From: a virus
Strand: one strand, 5' to 3'
Virus record (IMG/VR): IMGVR_UViG_3300033148_006964
Location: 64,001 to 128,000 of that record
Length of the DNA: 64,000 bases
Below the pieces are notes generated by a model. The model was not told the DNA's origin. It searched no databases and worked only from the letters and a program-made list of their open reading frames with translations. The position numbers were made by a program, and so were the translations under genes. Below, one piece after another: positions 47,495-56,439 of this stretch (positions are counted from its first letter, which is position 1; each line of letters opens with the position of its first letter).

Positions 47495-48025
47495 TTAATC
47501 AACTTGAATTCCTTTTAAATCAAACTTATCTATCATAGTTAATAGAGCTTCAGCGTTTCCTTTTGCATCATCTACTGGGTTATGAGTATGTTTAGTTTTT
47601 CTAAGATGTTTAAAATTTTTCCTCATATTGCCAACAAGTCCTTTATAAAGGTCTCCTATATTTCTTGACGAATGACCAAACGGATCGTAACCAAGATGCT
47701 CTATAAAATAATAATGTGTGAACATCCAATCAAAACCATTATTGTCTGAATAATAAATAGGACGACCATTACTATTTTTTTGTATCCAACTATTGAATTC
47801 AGACATAGCTTTTAAAGCATTACAAGGGTAAAGCATTGTTTCAGCTCTTGTAGTTCCGATTGACTTTAAAGCTTCTGTTAACCAATTGTTAGTTTGAGGT
47901 ATTATTTTTCTATGAAAAGTTACATCTAATTCACCATGCTTTAATAATACAGCTCCAATTTCTATCATGTTATAAATTCCAGGCACTGGGCCGTCTGCTT
48001 CTATATCGATTATAAAATCACTCAT
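47495..48025 (-). CDS. DEDDh 3'-5' exoribonuclease (Rv2179c-like)
   Basis: IDIEADGP, NNGFD and HNPVDDA motifs; start at MSDFII (48025). Confidence 0.85.
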   Translation of the reverse strand: MSDFIIDIEADGPVPGIYNMIEIGAVLLKHGELDVTFHRKIIPQTNNWLTEALKSIGTTRAETMLYPCNALKAMSEFNSWIQKNSNGRPIYYSDNNGFDWMFTHYYFIEHLGYDPFGHSSRNIGDLYKGLVGNMRKNFKHLRKTKHTHNPVDDAKGNAEALLTMIDKFDLKGIQVD

Positions 48026-48044
48026 CTCACCCCACTTTAAAAAA

Positions 48045-48377
48045 TTAATAATTAAAATGTTGTCTAATTTCTTCCTCAGTTTTTTTAGTTTTATTAAAAA
48101 ATTTTCCACATTCAACGCATACAAATATATCATCTAATTCAGTCAATCCATGTAACCCATCTGAACTATCTGGACATTCATCATTTGCCATAACGTTTTC
48201 AACAGATATATCAAATACACTATCAATTTTTGGCTCAAGTTTATTCAATGTTTTAGATATTAATTCAGATACAATTACCCAATCTTTTTTGCTAGCTGAT
48301 ATAGGTGCTGTAATTTGAATAAATGGTGTATCTATTTTTACTATATCTTCTATAAGTTTTTTATTAAAATATTCCAT
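48045..48377 (-). CDS. Hypothetical protein with a Cys/His Zn-binding motif
   Basis: CPDSSDGLH...CVECG. Confidence 0.6.
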   Translation of the reverse strand: MEYFNKKLIEDIVKIDTPFIQITAPISASKKDWVIVSELISKTLNKLEPKIDSVFDISVENVMANDECPDSSDGLHGLTELDDIFVCVECGKFFNKTKKTEEEIRQHFNY

Positions 48378-48403
48378 TTTTATAATATTCCTTTTTTTTA
48401 GAT

Positions 48404-48439
48404 AAAAAAAAGACCTGTCATAATAACATGACAGGTCTG
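48404..48439 (-). terminator. Intrinsic terminator
   Basis: AGACCTGTCAT/ATGACAGGTCT stem with a T-tract on the - strand. Confidence 0.8.
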
Positions 48440-48458
48440 CATAGGAAGTCGAGGTTTC

Positions 48459-48584
48459 CTACTTTGCTTCTTTTTTTGTTGTCTTTTTTGTTGTTCTGTT
48501 TTTTAGCTTTCCACCAAAAAACATCCCTGCTGCACCAGCTGCTGCTGTGACTACATATGAGCCAATTTTTATTGCGAGTGCCAT
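48459..48584 (-). CDS. 41-aa membrane peptide missed by the track (MALAIKIGSYVVTAAAGAAGMFFGGKLKNR...)
   Basis: AAGGAGG RBS; lies between promoter P3 and a terminator. Confidence 0.65.
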   Translation of the reverse strand: MALAIKIGSYVVTAAAGAAGMFFGGKLKNRTTKKTTKKEAK

Positions 48585-48635
48585 AAAGGCCTCCTTTTTA
48601 AAGAAATATGATATCTACACTTCTATTCCATTATA

Positions 48636-48664
48636 GTTATACCACGTTTTTGTTAAAAATAACA
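48636..48664 (-). promoter_or_regulatory. Phage promoter P3 (TGTTAT-N17-TATAAC)
   Basis: Repeated motif. Confidence 0.7.
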
Positions 48665-48671
48665 AAAAATC

Positions 48672-48857
48672 TTATGCTTTAACTACCACGCCATCTTTTA
48701 ACAAATATCCTGGAAAATTAGTGTTTAAAACACCCTCTTTAGCGCTTTTTAAAAGAGCCTTATGAGCTCTTTTAACCTTTTCTTTGTTAGCGGATCTTGC
48801 AGCTAATTTTAAATCTTTGTGCTTCTTTAAATTTTCTCTCCACACATTGTCTGGCAT
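48672..48857 (-). CDS. Hypothetical basic protein
   Basis: 61-aa ORF with an AAGGA RBS. Confidence 0.6.
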   Translation of the reverse strand: MPDNVWRENLKKHKDLKLAARSANKEKVKRAHKALLKSAKEGVLNTNFPGYLLKDGVVVKA

Positions 48858-48870
48858 AATGATTTTCCTT

Positions 48871-49122
48871 TCAATCTTTAAGAATGCTATCCATTTTTAT
48901 ATATTCTTTTTTAATAAACTCTTTGATGATATCAAAGTCAATCACCTCAGAATACCCACTTTTAACTTTAATGAGCAAACCCCCTGTTGTATACGATTCA
49001 ATACTATAAGAAACTTTATGAGGTATTACTTTGTATTTAACATACCCATATATCTCCTCTTGTTTTATATGAAAATTTTTAATTAATGTTATTTTATGCA
49101 TCTTATCTCCCTTTTCACTCAA
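48871..49122 (-). CDS. Hypothetical protein
   Basis: 83-aa ORF; probable start at MHKITL. Confidence 0.55.
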   Translation of the reverse strand: MSEKGDKMHKITLIKNFHIKQEEIYGYVKYKVIPHKVSYSIESYTTGGLLIKVKSGYSEVIDFDIIKEFIKKEYIKMDSILKD

Positions 49123-49531
49123 ACATATCGATTTGTTGAATTATTTGTCGAGGCTTCACGTTTAAAGTCTTATGGCCAAGCTCAGTTATCATTTCACCTG
49201 TATAACTAAATATCCATTCTTGAATAAATTGCCGGTGGCATGGCCTTCCTATCTTTTCATAACAACATAAAACACAATCTTTGTATTTTTTAAGAATAGT
49301 TTCAGGGTTAAGGCCTAGAAGTATAAGATTAGCAACATAAGATGCCTGATAACTTTCAACGTTAATTATATTAAGCTTAAATCTATCTAATAACTCTGAG
49401 TTTGGAGCCAACTCCGACGCCGTACTGTGGCGCCACCATTTAGGTGTCTTTGCTGCTATAGAAAACAGTTTAAGCTTTCCTGATTGAACTAATGGATGCC
49501 TTGTTGCTCTACTAAAATATGATACTTTCAT
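49115..49531 (-). CDS. DUF488-like protein
   Basis: SIA.KTPKW...ELAP and LCCYEK...CHR motifs. Confidence 0.65.
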   Translation of the reverse strand: MKVSYFSRATRHPLVQSGKLKLFSIAAKTPKWWRHSTASELAPNSELLDRFKLNIINVESYQASYVANLILLGLNPETILKKYKDCVLCCYEKIGRPCHRQFIQEWIFSYTGEMITELGHKTLNVKPRQIIQQIDMFE

Positions 49532-49570
49532 AGTATTCTCCTGGTATAAATAATTATATTTACTATCATA

Positions 49571-49599
49571 GTTATACCAGATTTTTGTTTTTAATAACT
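49571..49599 (-). promoter_or_regulatory. Phage promoter P4 (AGTTAT-N17-TATAAC)
   Basis: Repeated motif. Confidence 0.65.
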
Positions 49600-49781
49600 G
49601 TTTTTTTTATAAAATTAAATAAATCTTCAAATATAGTCGATATCATTAAAATAATTAATAAAATCCCCATAGATATGCATGCTATTATTACACACATTCC
49701 AATGTAACCATATTCTATTATTTTTTTTAAAAAAGATTGAATTGATTTTATGGCTTTATTTTTATTATTTGTCATTAACAC
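49572..49781 (-). CDS. Small membrane protein
   Basis: One long hydrophobic segment; GGAG RBS. Confidence 0.55.
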   Translation of the reverse strand: MLMTNNKNKAIKSIQSFLKKIIEYGYIGMCVIIACISMGILLIILMISTIFEDLFNFIKKTVIKNKNLV

Positions 49782-49790
49782 TCCTTTTCT

Positions 49791-50969
49791 TTATTGTAAA
49801 AGTTTTTTTAAATATTGAAGATAACTATCGTTTTCACACATACATTTACCAGGAGAATCACTGATCTTAGCCACAGGCCTTCCATTGACCTCTACAAGCT
49901 TATATACGTTCTGTAGAGGTATTATACCAACATCATTGGTAAGGTTAGTGCCGATGCCGAAAGAACACTTTATTTTTCCTTTACAATAATCAGCGATCTC
50001 TATTGCTTTTGGGATAGTAAGGCCATCTGAGAATACAATAGTTTTTCCAAGCGGGTTTACTTTTAAAGACTTGTAAGACTTAATAATCTTTTTAGCAAAA
50101 GTAATTGGGTTTCCCGAATCGTGTCGAACGCCATCGTATACTCTTAAAAAGTATGGCTTAGAATCTTTAAGGAATTTATCAACCCCAAGTGTATCTGATA
50201 ACGCAATAGATAATTGACTCCCATAAAAATTACGCCAAATATCAAGTGCTTTTCGTTGAGAATCAAGAGGGTGACGAAACGCTTGATAATAGCAAACAAA
50301 TTCATGAGCGAAAGTGCCTACTGGTGTTAAATTAAAATCCATAGCAAGCTTAACATTGCTGGTTCCAGTAAAAATTTCTGACGGAAAAATTCCAGAAAGA
50401 TTCTTAATAACAGTTCTATGCCATTTTCTAGTAAACGCTCTTCTTGTGCCAAAATCTACAAATTTGAATTCATTATTTTCAGTGTAATCTACTATAAGCC
50501 TCATTTTTTCATTTAGCCTCTCCATACCAGTTTTACGCTCTACAGAGTAGTCGTAATGTTTATTATTATGAAGTGAGTATACTTCATGTACTATTTGAAG
50601 AAGATATATTTCCCACATCATAACTTGTAAGATTGGCCCTTCAGCCCATATTTCGAGACGTCCAAGATCATTACTAATATGAAGATATTGTTTATCAAGT
50701 TGGAATGTCTCAAGATAATTCAAGTATTCAGAGCAGAAGAATGATAAGTTTCTTAGATAATTAATTTCCTTTTTAGTGAACCTTAAATTACACAAGTTTA
50801 TTAATCTTTTATCAACTTCATCTTTACACTTATATAAATTTCTAGTTTCTTTAGATTCATTTTCATTTCTACATTTAAACCTGTATTTAGCTATGCTATC
50901 AGAATCTTGATAAAAAAATATCTGCTGCATAGTAAACTTGTACAGGTCATTATATAATAAACTTTGCAT
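49791..50969 (-). CDS. pncB: Nicotinate phosphoribosyltransferase
   Basis: DLYKFTM, DFGTRR, GTSNV, GTFAHE, RHDSG, FSDGL, FGIGT and KISD motifs. Confidence 0.93.
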   Translation of the reverse strand: MQSLLYNDLYKFTMQQIFFYQDSDSIAKYRFKCRNENESKETRNLYKCKDEVDKRLINLCNLRFTKKEINYLRNLSFFCSEYLNYLETFQLDKQYLHISNDLGRLEIWAEGPILQVMMWEIYLLQIVHEVYSLHNNKHYDYSVERKTGMERLNEKMRLIVDYTENNEFKFVDFGTRRAFTRKWHRTVIKNLSGIFPSEIFTGTSNVKLAMDFNLTPVGTFAHEFVCYYQAFRHPLDSQRKALDIWRNFYGSQLSIALSDTLGVDKFLKDSKPYFLRVYDGVRHDSGNPITFAKKIIKSYKSLKVNPLGKTIVFSDGLTIPKAIEIADYCKGKIKCSFGIGTNLTNDVGIIPLQNVYKLVEVNGRPVAKISDSPGKCMCENDSYLQYLKKLLQ

Positions 50970-50981
50970 AATATTTTCTCC

Positions 50982-51617
50982 TTATAGATCACAAACGAGA
51001 TCTGTTTTTATTATAGATGCACCCATCTTGTTCATTTCTTTAATGGCAGTTTCATGGTTGTCTTCATTGCTAATAAATATTCCCGCCGTTGCGTCTTCAA
51101 CAACATAAACCTTATCTAAGATATGTCCCATTTCGTTAATTAAACCCTTGACTGCTGCTATAACACAAAAATTTGTAGCCACGCCAGAAACGACAACGCT
51201 GTCTATGCTATTAAGCACAAGTATTTTTGTAAGGTTGTCTGGTTGTCCAAGCTCTTTGTCCCATATGTCACACGTTGCCTTTTCAAAAATATAATTGCAA
51301 ACAGGTTCTACTATAAAGTTTGAAAGTTCACTTCCTAACTTACTTTTTATACAGTTACAAAAAACCATATTTGTTTCTGGAATTTTCTTATGCCCATCTG
51401 TATTAGCCATACAATGCGGAGGGAACCTATTAAACTCCGGGTCGTCATCTTTATGAGTGTCAACAGTAGCAACGATAGGAATTGAGTGATTGCAGCAATG
51501 AAAGGTTAAATCTCTAAGGTTTTTCTTAATATTTTTTGCGCCCGGAACGTACAATGCTCCATCCTCATTCATAAAATCATTTTGTGTATCAATGTCAAGA
51601 AATAAAAAGTTACCCAT
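50982..51617 (-). CDS. pncA: Nicotinamidase (isochorismatase fold)
   Basis: DTQNDF, DTH, FPPHC, K and GVATNFCV motifs. Confidence 0.9.
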   Translation of the reverse strand: MGNFLFLDIDTQNDFMNEDGALYVPGAKNIKKNLRDLTFHCCNHSIPIVATVDTHKDDDPEFNRFPPHCMANTDGHKKIPETNMVFCNCIKSKLGSELSNFIVEPVCNYIFEKATCDIWDKELGQPDNLTKILVLNSIDSVVVSGVATNFCVIAAVKGLINEMGHILDKVYVVEDATAGIFISNEDNHETAIKEMNKMGASIIKTDLVCDL

Positions 51618-51654
51618 AATAATTCCTTTACTTTAAAAATTAAGATTGTTTATT

Positions 51655-51966
51655 TTATAGTTTATGTAGACGGCCATGACAGCCGTTTAGCCCACATTTC
51701 CTGTGGATATTTTCTTCAGGAAGAAAAAAGGCAGAATGACATCTGCCACACGTTAATACACATGATCTTGTACTATTCGTATCTTTTTCTTCCTCACATT
51801 TATCTTTGTTTAAATTGTTTTCAATGCGGGCTACGGCATTACTGGCACCCCCTTCAATAAAACATCCTTTGCGTATAGCTGTTTCTGCAGCAGTAGTTAA
51901 TAATGCTGGCGCATATGTCATAGGTGCATTTTCTATCGCTTCTTTGATCTCTTCAAATTTAAGCAT
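51655..51966 (-). CDS. Hypothetical protein with a C-terminal Zn finger
   Basis: CGRC...C...C; GGAG RBS. Confidence 0.65.
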   Translation of the reverse strand: MLKFEEIKEAIENAPMTYAPALLTTAAETAIRKGCFIEGGASNAVARIENNLNKDKCEEEKDTNSTRSCVLTCGRCHSAFFLPEENIHRKCGLNGCHGRLHKL

Positions 51967-52033
51967 TTGTACTCCTTTATGATATTTTTAAATAGTTTTG
52001 TTGTAGTTAAATATAGAAATATTCTACACTATA

Positions 52034-52062
52034 GTAATATCAGATTATATGTGATAATAACG
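52034..52062 (-). promoter_or_regulatory. Phage promoter P5 (CGTTAT-N17-TATTAC) upstream of the pncA-pncB unit
   Basis: Repeated motif with an extended TG. Confidence 0.6.
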
Positions 52063-52109
52063 CCTATAGCTAAAAAAGCAAATCATTTTATAGATTTGCT
52101 TATTTTTAT

Positions 52110-52526
52110 TTAGTTTCCCATATATTCTGGACTACTTATAATTGTAATGCATTCTTTTACAAAAGCACTTATTATTAATGCACTTGAAGTTATAAGACAA
52201 ACCTCCTTTAAATTCTTTCTATTTTTATGATCTTCTATCTGACACATAAAAGATCGTTGTTCATGGACCGACATATGTCTTTCGGGAAATACAAACAGTA
52301 AACTTCCTTCAAGAGATTGTTCTTGTTTACCGAAAATATCTGATATTATAGCTCCACCTACATCACAAATATAGTCAAACCTTTCGTCTCTTGGTGGTAT
52401 ATTTCTAGAAATAATTACTTTACAATCAAACCCCAAGTCCATTTTTTCAGTAGCTATACTAATGTCTTCTTCAGTACGATCAAACCAAATATTGAAGATT
52501 TGATCTAATGTTTTTATTGTAGCCAT
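52110..52526 (-). CDS. Hypothetical protein
   Basis: 138-aa ORF with an AGGA RBS. Confidence 0.65.
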   Translation of the reverse strand: MATIKTLDQIFNIWFDRTEEDISIATEKMDLGFDCKVIISRNIPPRDERFDYICDVGGAIISDIFGKQEQSLEGSLLFVFPERHMSVHEQRSFMCQIEDHKNRKNLKEVCLITSSALIISAFVKECITIISSPEYMGN

Positions 52527-52560
52527 AATTGTCCTTTCTTTTTATATTTCTTTTTTTTTA

Positions 52561-52761
52561 TTATGGTTCCTTTACACTTAGTTGATGTCTATGACATTCA
52601 TCAAACATTTTCTCGACGAAATTTAATTCACTGAATATTTGTCCAGCAACAAATTCATTATTAATCCCAATTGTCAGATCTATTTTATATTCATTTATGG
52701 CCTTTTTAACTTTGTTGTACTCACGCATTTTCCGTTTTACTTTTCTTTGCGTTGTTAACAT
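52561..52761 (-). CDS. Hypothetical protein
   Basis: 66-aa ORF. Confidence 0.55.
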   Translation of the reverse strand: MLTTQRKVKRKMREYNKVKKAINEYKIDLTIGINNEFVAGQIFSELNFVEKMFDECHRHQLSVKEP

Positions 52762-53564
52762 GGTCCGCTATCCTTTATTAAATTTAATAATTTGTGCAAT
52801 TCAATAAGCTTCGGTACTTCTTTTTCAAAAGTCTCAATAGAAATACTATTAGGCCCATCACATTTTGCATTATCAGGGTCAGGATGAACCTCAAAAAATA
52901 GTCCATTAACATTTTGACATATTGCAGCTTTAGCTAATGGAACCGCTAATTCTCTTTTACCGGATGAACACCCATTAGCACTTCCAGGACTTTGTACACT
53001 ATGAGTAGCATCAAATATAACAGGTACACCTATTTTCTTTAATTCATGAACGCCAGCAAAGTCAACTACAAGACGATTGTACCCAAAGAATGTACCTCTT
53101 TCAGTAAGCATACATCGATTACTATTAGCTTTAAAAATTGCATACTTCATATTTTCAGGTGACATAAAATTACCCTTTTTTATATTTATAGGTAAACCAG
53201 TTTCCCCGGCGGCTGCAAGTAAATCTGTTTGACGGCAAAGAAAAGCAGGTATTTGAAGAACGTCAACTACTTTTGAAATTATACTAGCTTCATTTGGAAT
53301 ATGAATATCCGTTAATATTGGAAGCCCAAATTTACTTTTGATTTTTTCGAGTATATTTAATCCTTTTAAAATACCAGGTCCTCTAAATGAATCTACAGAT
53401 GTACGATTAGCCTTATCATATGACGCTTTAAATATTATTTTTATATTATTTTTTAATGAAATGTCTACTAATCTTTCAGCAACCTTAAAACATAAACTTT
53501 TAGATTCTATAACACAAGGTCCTGCAATAAAAAACAATGAATCATTAAACAAAATTACCTCCAT
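52755..53564 (-). CDS. kdsA: 3-deoxy-D-manno-octulosonate 8-phosphate synthase (metal-dependent type)
   Basis: AGPCVIES, KASYDKANRTS, QIPAFLCRQT, ERG..FGY, DATHSVQ and EVHPDP..A.CD motifs; start probably MEVILF (53564). Confidence 0.95.
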   Translation of the reverse strand: MEVILFNDSLFFIAGPCVIESKSLCFKVAERLVDISLKNNIKIIFKASYDKANRTSVDSFRGPGILKGLNILEKIKSKFGLPILTDIHIPNEASIISKVVDVLQIPAFLCRQTDLLAAAGETGLPINIKKGNFMSPENMKYAIFKANSNRCMLTERGTFFGYNRLVVDFAGVHELKKIGVPVIFDATHSVQSPGSANGCSSGKRELAVPLAKAAICQNVNGLFFEVHPDPDNAKCDGPNSISIETFEKEVPKLIELHKLLNLIKDSGPC

Positions 53565-53689
53565 TTGATTAATAAAAAAGATGGATAGAGAAAAGGAATC
53601 AAAAATATAGGGAAAAGAAAAAAAACTATATTTCATCTAAAAATCTCTATCCATGGTTTAATTATATTTTTAAATTAAAAAAACTTATT

Positions 53690-54073
53690 TTATTTATTAA
53701 AACATTTCTTATATTTTTTTGAAACAGTATAAGCTTCTTGTAAAAATTTTACTCCAGCTACACTTTCTGGATCGCTACCTGAACTGTAACTACCAGGTTC
53801 TTTATGTTCATTTGATAGTTTAACAAGTTTTTTAAAATAAGAATGTAGAATTTTATTTTCTTTCAACAAATCCTCAGTTGAAATCTCAAAATCTACTATT
53901 ACTCCCGACAACTTGTACACATTTTTCCATGTACCACCGCAGTCGTAGCATTCAATACATTCAATAGCAACTCCATCGTCCTGTACTTCGATCTTAGATA
54001 GCGTGTTGATATTCTTGCTTTGACAGAATAGACAGATATTACCTTCTGATTTAAGATATTTTTCTTCATTCAT
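53690..54073 (-). CDS. Zn-ribbon protein (paralogue of 62981-63427)
   Basis: CLFCQS.NI...CYDCG...VYKL. Confidence 0.7.
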   Translation of the reverse strand: MNEEKYLKSEGNICLFCQSKNINTLSKIEVQDDGVAIECIECYDCGGTWKNVYKLSGVIVDFEISTEDLLKENKILHSYFKKLVKLSNEHKEPGSYSSGSDPESVAGVKFLQEAYTVSKKYKKCFNK

Positions 54074-54174
54074 TTTTATTTAACGCTCCTTATTTAAACA
54101 TTTGATTTTAAACTAACAACCGCAAAGATAGGTTAAATATTTTTGGCACCGCAGACGTTTAAAATTCTTATTTT

Positions 54175-54405
54175 TCAACGATTTCTATAACTACAGTATT
54201 TCCCCTTTGTCATAAATCGTAATGCAAAACGAAGTCCCCATTTTTCTAACATCCATGCGTACCATATTCCAACATCAATTATAATAAACGCACTATACTG
54301 CATAATGCAAGCTAAAGGTGATTTTGGCTCTGTTATGAACGCAAGAAGCATATGAATAAAAAAAGCTGCCAATAACGCGATGCACATACCATTTTTATTT
54401 ACCAT
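54175..54405 (-). CDS. Small membrane protein
   Basis: Two hydrophobic segments. Confidence 0.6.
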   Translation of the reverse strand: MVNKNGMCIALLAAFFIHMLLAFITEPKSPLACIMQYSAFIIIDVGIWYAWMLEKWGLRFALRFMTKGKYCSYRNR

Positions 54406-54600
54406 AACATTTTTCCTTTTAAGTTAAATTTTTTTGCCACAATTTACACGCCTCGCTTCATCATTACAACATTTTATACATTCATCTTCGTCTTTTGTGT
54501 GTACTTTATTTTTAAAATGTATTATATGATTAGTAGGTCTTTTGCATTTATCACACCATTCCCATATTATATTACTCATAATTACTCCTTTCATGTTTTA

Positions 54601-54822
54601 TTATTGTTTTCGCCATTCATGCAATCGGCACATCCAACATCCACAACTTTTATTTGGGGTTTTACCACAGCTACTTGATGAACTTGGGCCACTACCAGTT
54701 GGATACCTTTTATCATATTCTTTCCAATATTCTTGAATTGTATATTTAGATGTTTTATTATCAGAACTCATGTTTATTTTTCCTTTCAACAAAATTGTTA
54801 TCTTAAATATAATAGTGGACAC
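54601..54822 (-). CDS. Small Cys-rich protein
   Basis: CGCWMC motif; probable start at MSSDNK. Confidence 0.55.
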   Translation of the reverse strand: MSTIIFKITILLKGKINMSSDNKTSKYTIQEYWKEYDKRYPTGSGPSSSSSCGKTPNKSCGCWMCRLHEWRKQ

Positions 54823-54929
54823 CTGACTTATCTACGCAGAAGGGCTTAGATTATACTCCCGTTTCAGAGTCCGGCTTTACTGTTTGCCGAAAAAATCGAC
54901 CCGTAGTTGATCATTAGTCAAGTGTCCAC
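54815..54929 (-). ncRNA. Candidate 115-nt multibranch structured RNA or leader
   Basis: 14-bp closing stem with a U-G wobble on the - strand, nested CUACG/CGUAG and GGGU/GCCC helices, and two hairpins. Confidence 0.55.
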
Positions 54930-54954
54930 GTTTTTTTCTCCATTTAATTTTATT

Positions 54955-54997
54955 AAAAAAAATGGGGAGAGCAAATAAGTATTTACTCTCCCCCCAT
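54955..54997 (-). terminator. Intrinsic terminator
   Basis: GGGGAGAG stem followed by 8 Ts on the - strand. Confidence 0.8.
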
Positions 54998-55042
54998 CAT
55001 CACACACATGTCCACGTCTCGTGGCATAACAAATCTACTATA

Positions 55043-55071
55043 ATTATATCATATTAAATATGATAATAACA
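55043..55071 (-). promoter_or_regulatory. Phage promoter P6 (TGTTAT-N17-TATAAT)
   Basis: Repeated motif. Confidence 0.7.
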
Positions 55072-55265
55072 GAATAACTTTTTTTATTGATATAACTAAA
55101 TCGATACTCTGCGGTGAAGAGAGAGTAGAAGCAGAGCAAAGGATACGTCGAGTTATTTAAAACGACGATCGGGCGTTTTAAATAATAAAGACCCGCCATA
55201 CTAAAAGTAAAAGAGCCGATGAAACACCGGCCCATGTTTTGTTCTTATATCAACGTTATTTAAAT

Positions 55266-55637
55266 TTATTGTCGTGGATTATATTTCTCACGATAAGTCA
55301 ATGATTCGTTTTCCATATGATACTCATGATACATTTTCCAAACGTTACTATTAACGCTCTTGAGTCTAATAGTCTTAACATCACCTCCCAGGAATACTGG
55401 ATGATCAGTTTGATCAAGAAATAACCAACCATCACTACCTTCACAACTTTGTACAATAGCATTTGAAAGCTTATATACATCTACTATAACGCCACCGCTT
55501 TGGCTTATCACAATGTACGGTGCTTTCGAAGAAAATAACACACCACCTCGTGCATCAGCGCTATCCCAAAACTTTGCACAACCAACAAACAATAATAATA
55601 AAGATAAAACAAACAACAATACAAATAAGCGTTTCAT
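55266..55637 (-). CDS. Putative lipoprotein
   Basis: Signal peptide ending in lipobox FVGC. Confidence 0.75.
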   Translation of the reverse strand: MKRLFVLLFVLSLLLLFVGCAKFWDSADARGGVLFSSKAPYIVISQSGGVIVDVYKLSNAIVQSCEGSDGWLFLDQTDHPVFLGGDVKTIRLKSVNSNVWKMYHEYHMENESLTYREKYNPRQ

Positions 55638-55698
55638 AAAATGCTCCTTTTTAATATTTAAAAATTTTATTTAGTTTTATATCAAAATCTAAAAAATC

Positions 55699-55965
55699 TT
55701 ACATTGTAGGAAGTTTCGAAGAACTAGAAGAAGCGGAACTAGTTGATGAATTTGTACCAAAAATATAACCACAAAGATCAATTTTTTTTATAGCAACTAA
55801 TTCTAACATTTGTTTTCCATCGTCATCGTTGCAAAAATAAGGAACTGCTTTTCCAAGATTTTTGTGGACAAACATTCCTAAATTAAAAATATCTTGGTTG
55901 GATTCGGGGGTAAATCCTACACAATCGTCTGCAATAATTTCGTCTGGCCTAGTTGATAATTTCAT
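55699..55965 (-). CDS. Hypothetical protein
   Basis: 88-aa ORF with a GAGGAG RBS and a short Ser-rich tail. Confidence 0.65.
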   Translation of the reverse strand: MKLSTRPDEIIADDCVGFTPESNQDIFNLGMFVHKNLGKAVPYFCNDDDGKQMLELVAIKKIDLCGYIFGTNSSTSSASSSSSKLPTM

Positions 55966-55999
55966 ACTTCTCTCCTCGAATATTGTTTAAAGTTAAAAA

Positions 56000-56075
56000 C
56001 AGGGGTATCTGGATTCGAACCAGAGAAAATGCCAGCACCAAAAACTGGTGTGTTGAGCCGCTTCACCATACCCCT
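56000..56075 (-). tRNA. tRNA-Gln (UUG), CCA not encoded
   Basis: Acceptor AGGGGTA/TACCCCT; anticodon arm CCAGT-TTTTGGT-GCTGG; T-arm TCTGG-TTCGAAT-CCAGA. Confidence 0.9.
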
Positions 56076-56117
56076 TTAAATATTTTTATATTATGATACG
56101 GCTGATTGATAGATATA

Positions 56118-56399
56118 CTACGCTTTCTCTTTTGTTATATACCAATAGGGTTCTTTTAGAGGATTGTCAATCTGTAAATAACTATATTTGGTTAAGTGTT
56201 CAGCTGCTTCAACAAATGTTTTCCCAAGCCTTATCATCATTCCATCGGAATTAATTTGTGTGAGATATATTATTCTATCTGAGTTCCCAAATTTTCCTTC
56301 AGCGTCGTCACCACTATCCCAAGATATAATTGATACTACATTTTTACATTTTATAAACATGCCGGATTTTATATCCGATGGTTCAAAAATATGTTTCAT
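56118..56399 (-). CDS. Hypothetical protein
   Basis: 93-aa ORF with an AGGA RBS. Confidence 0.6.
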   Translation of the reverse strand: MKHIFEPSDIKSGMFIKCKNVVSIISWDSGDDAEGKFGNSDRIIYLTQINSDGMMIRLGKTFVEAAEHLTKYSYLQIDNPLKEPYWYITKEKA

Positions 56400-56439
56400 A
56401 ATATTTCCTTATTAAAGTTTTAATTAAATTTAAAATTTA

